From: Prorocentrum cordatum
Lineage: Eukaryota
DNA length: 53,590 nt
Direction of reading: 5' to 3'
NCBI GenBank assembly: GCA_963575745.1
Contig: CAUYUJ010000308.1
Span: 62,001 to 115,590, forward strand
Shown here: piece by piece, positions 50,748-53,590 of the stretch
Numbering within the stretch: position 1 is the first letter of the stretch
Layout: each line of letters begins with the position of its first letter
The notes under the pieces: generated by a model
Told to the model about the DNA's origin: nothing
What the model saw: only the letters and a program-made list of their open reading frames with translations
Databases searched by the model: none
Program-made: the position numbers and the translations under genes

Positions 50748-50783
<36 letters not shown>

Positions 50784-51921
50784 AGGAGGAGAAACTGACT
50801 TTTCGAGCAGTGGAACGCGCATGTCTGGTGGAGCACAAGCGGCGGCAGCGGCAGCGGCGCCCGTGGACGGCCGTCGGCGGCGCTCCCCGAGGGGAGGGCA
50901 GAGGGGGCGCGGGCCCTTTCGGAGGCTTCTCGGAGGGTCTTCCGGCCCTCTGAGAGAAGCTTCGGAGGCCCCCTTCGAGGCCGCGGAGGGCTTCTCGAAC
51001 GCCTCGAACTCCTCGAACTCCTCGAACTCCTCGAGGTCCTCGAAGTCCTCGAACTCGAGCTCGGACTCTCCGAAGCCACAGAGGGCTTCCGAGAAGGCCG
51101 GAGGACTTGTAAGAAGCCCCGCCGCCCTCCGAGAAGGCCTCCTCTGGACGGGGTTAGGGCGAGGAAAGATCCGTTCCAGAGCGTTCCGGAACACTCACAG
51201 AGCGTTCCAGAACGCTCTGAGAAGGCCGCGGCGCCCGATACATTCCCTAGATCTGCCAGATGTCATAGGATCTCGATTCGTCCGTACACGTCCTAGCTTC
51301 GTCTTACTCCTCTCACTTCCCACGCGTCTGACGCTGTTCAGGGATCCGATGCTCCTCTCACCTTCTGCTGCCCCCATCGTGTTTGGGGACCACAGGGCCA
51401 CGCCCCAAAAGCAAGTTCGATCACCCCGCCAAGCGTGGAAGCAGTGTCGAACGAGCATCGCCTCCCAGAGCCCGAGGTGAGCAAGGCGAGCGTGGAGGAG
51501 GAGGAGGAGGAGGAGGAGGATAGGAGGAGGAGGAGGAGGAGGGGGAGGCGGAGGATTTCCTCGGCCCCCCGCCGAAGCCCTGCCTCGCGCACGGTGGGGG
51601 CAGGCGGCGCCCCCTGACGGTGCGCGGCCCGTCTATAAAACACGAGCCTCGAGGACGTCCCTTCCCCCCCCTCCCCTCTTCCACCTCCTCCTCCTCCTCC
51701 CCTCCTCCTCCACCCTCCCTCCTCCTCCTCCTCCTCCTCCTCCTCCTCCTCCCTCTCCTCCTCCCACTCCTCCTCCTCCTCCTCCTCCTCTCGGGCTGTT
51801 TAGTCCAATCCGCACTGGCGCCGATTGTCTGTCGCAGCGAACCACGGCAGGAACCATGGGTGTCCTTGCCAGCCCACGCGTCCTTCAGGATGCATGGCCT
51901 TCTTGCTTGCTTGCTTGCGAG

Positions 51922-51972
51922 GACCTCTACCAGCAGCAGCGCGGGGTGGAGAGGCACCACAGCGACACCGAG
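51922..51972 (+). CDS. Exon of a coiled-coil protein (DLYQQQRGVERHHSDTE)
   Basis: AG|G acceptor at 51921/51922 (alternative at 51888/51889); joins 52229 in frame if 51973-52228 is removed. Confidence 0.55.
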
Positions 51973-52228
51973 GATCAAAGAAGAACAAAACGCCAGAAAC
52001 AGGAACTCTTGGCGCTCCGCGCGGATCTCTTGGACCCGCGCTGGGCCCCCCCGGCGGCGCCTCCGGCGCCGCCCCTGGCGCGCTCCGCGCGCCGGGGAGG
52101 GGGTTCCAGCGCGCCGGCGCCGCCCCTGGCGCGCTCCGCGCGCCGGGGAGGGGGTTCCAGCGCGGATCCAAGAAACCCGCGCGGAGCGCCAAACGTTTAT
52201 GCTTCTGGCGTTTTCTCTTCTTCTGGAG
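51973..52228 (+). mobile_element. Introner-like fold-back element forming a putative 256-nt GA-AG intron
   Basis: ~70-bp imperfect TIRs within 51975-52227; GAGGA overlaps both junctions; AG|GA donor and AG|G acceptor; an internal ~50-bp tandem duplication. Confidence 0.72.
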
Positions 52229-52463
52229 GAGCAGATCGCCCAGCAGAAGGGAGCAACAGGGGCGCGTCTTACCGAGGGCCAGGAGCAGCTGGTGCAGCAG
52301 AAGGCCCAGGCACAGCAGCTGCAGCACGATGCCATCATAAAGGAGGCCGAGGCGCTGAAGGAGAAGGAGCGCCTTCTCCAGGAGCTGCAGGCTCTGGAAG
52401 GCGAGATGCACATGAGGATGAGGCGCCCGCCCATGGTGTCGGTCGAGGAGGACGGGATTCAAA
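52229..52463 (+). CDS. Exon of a coiled-coil protein (EQIAQQKGATGARLTEGQEQLVQQKAQAQQLQHDAIIKEAEALKEKERLLQELQALEGEMHMR...); 3' boundary uncertain
   Basis: E/Q/K/L-rich heptad-like peptide, strongly G/C-ending codons, non-repetitive DNA. Confidence 0.65.
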
Positions 52464-52797
52464 GTGCACGGGCTCCCCCGCCCCCTCCTCCCGGACCCTC
52501 CCCTTCGTCCCCCTTCTCCCCCCTCTCATTCCCGCCCGCTCCCCCCCCCTCCCCTCGAGTCGCCGCTCCTTGCCCTCCCCTCCCTCATCGTCCTCCTCCC
52601 CACGCCCCCTCCTCGCCCGACCTCCCCCCCCCCCCCTCCCCTCCGCTCCCCTCCTCCCTTGGAGCTCCGACGCCGCAGCTTCTCCGCTGCGTGGACGCCC
52701 GGAGGTCTCGGCCCCTTCCCCGGGACAGCTCCTTCCTCCTGGGGCCTTCCTCGGCGGCGCAGACCGCAGGCCTCCCCAGAGGTCGACCATAGCATCT

Positions 52798-52932
52798 CAG
52801 GAGGGAACAAAAACACAGACACAATTAATCGTCGATTCCCCAGAAGATATGGGAAAATATGGGAAGTGGGGGGGAAGACAAAAACCAAGAACATATGGGA
52901 AAATATGGGGAATCGTTTTATTTGTGTGTATT
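52798..52932 (+). mobile_element. 3'-truncated CAGGAGGG family copy
   Basis: Matches the other copies up to tttgtgtgtatt and lacks the CCCCTTCA end. Confidence 0.78.
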
Positions 52933-52971
52933 GATTGCGAAGGCCTTACGGCCTGTGCCGCCGACCCTGAA

Positions 52972-52974
<3 letters not shown>

Positions 52975-53057
<83 letters not shown>
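52975..53057. repeat. (GAC)n microsatellite
   Basis: Read directly. Confidence 0.95.
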
Positions 53058-53059
<2 letters not shown>

Positions 53060-53330
53060 CGCTCTTGGGGGCCTCTTGGGGGTAGTTTGTGGGCCTCTTG
53101 GGAAGCTCTCAGGGGCCGCGAGGAAGCCTCGTGGGGGCCTCTTGGGGCTTCCTGGGGGTCTCTTGGAGGGGGCCTGGGACGTCTTGGAAGCTTCTTGGAC
53201 GGTCTTGGGGCTATCGTGGGCGTTTTCGGCCGATCTTTGGGCGACTCGGGGCCCTCTTGGGCCGTCTCGGGTGCCATCTTGGGCATTCGGACCTCATTTG
53301 GAGTGTTTTCGAGGTTTCTAGGCCGCCCGA
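53060..53330. repeat. (GGGCCTCTTG)-type dispersed low-complexity repeat
   Basis: Same motif family as 2060-2965. Confidence 0.8.
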
Positions 53331-53590
53331 GGGAAAACGAATCTGCCCCCCCACCCACCCCGGGACCCCCCCCGGGACCCCCCCCCCACCCCCCCTGGGA
53401 CCCCCCCCCCCTGGGGAAGGGATCGAAGGGAAGGGGCTTCCCTTCGATTCGATTACGACACTGCTAGATTTTTCTCTCGCTCACGAGCTTGAGAAGGAAG
53501 CTGCAGGGAAAGGGGACGACGGAGGCGACGACCGATGGAGACGACGACTCGAACAGCCAAGCCACTCGCACACGACGACAGGGTCGGCGG

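Overview
This is eukaryotic, GC-rich, repeat-dominated nuclear DNA, almost certainly from a dinoflagellate. The evidence is a 21/22 match to the dinoflagellate spliced leader at 42222-42243, dinoflagellate-style PPR repeats, and candidate AG|G acceptors with GA/GC donors. About 30.6 kb (6685-37285) is a hierarchical satellite: ~28 composite monomers of ~930 or ~615 bp, (CAT)n tracts, six 90-bp minisatellite blocks and an ~8.4-kb higher-order duplication. Recognisable coding sequence is sparse: the terminal exon of a zf-MYND protein (5264-5387), a 16-repeat PPR gene behind the relict spliced leader (a probable retrogene), and a coiled-coil gene fragment near 52 kb. Four observations stand out. 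(1) A 1626-bp insertion with all the Helitron hallmarks (A|TC...hairpin...CTAG|T) splits the PPR gene exactly between two repeats. (2) A 256-bp fold-back element reads as a frame-restoring GA-AG intron (Introner-like). (3) Several small mobile-element families have target duplications that carry AG|G proto-splice sites. (4) Phase-compatible minus-strand exon candidates flank the satellite, suggesting it sits inside one ~30.7-kb intron. Almost all long ORFs in the track are artefacts of stop-poor repeats. Everything was read by eye, without alignments or database searches.
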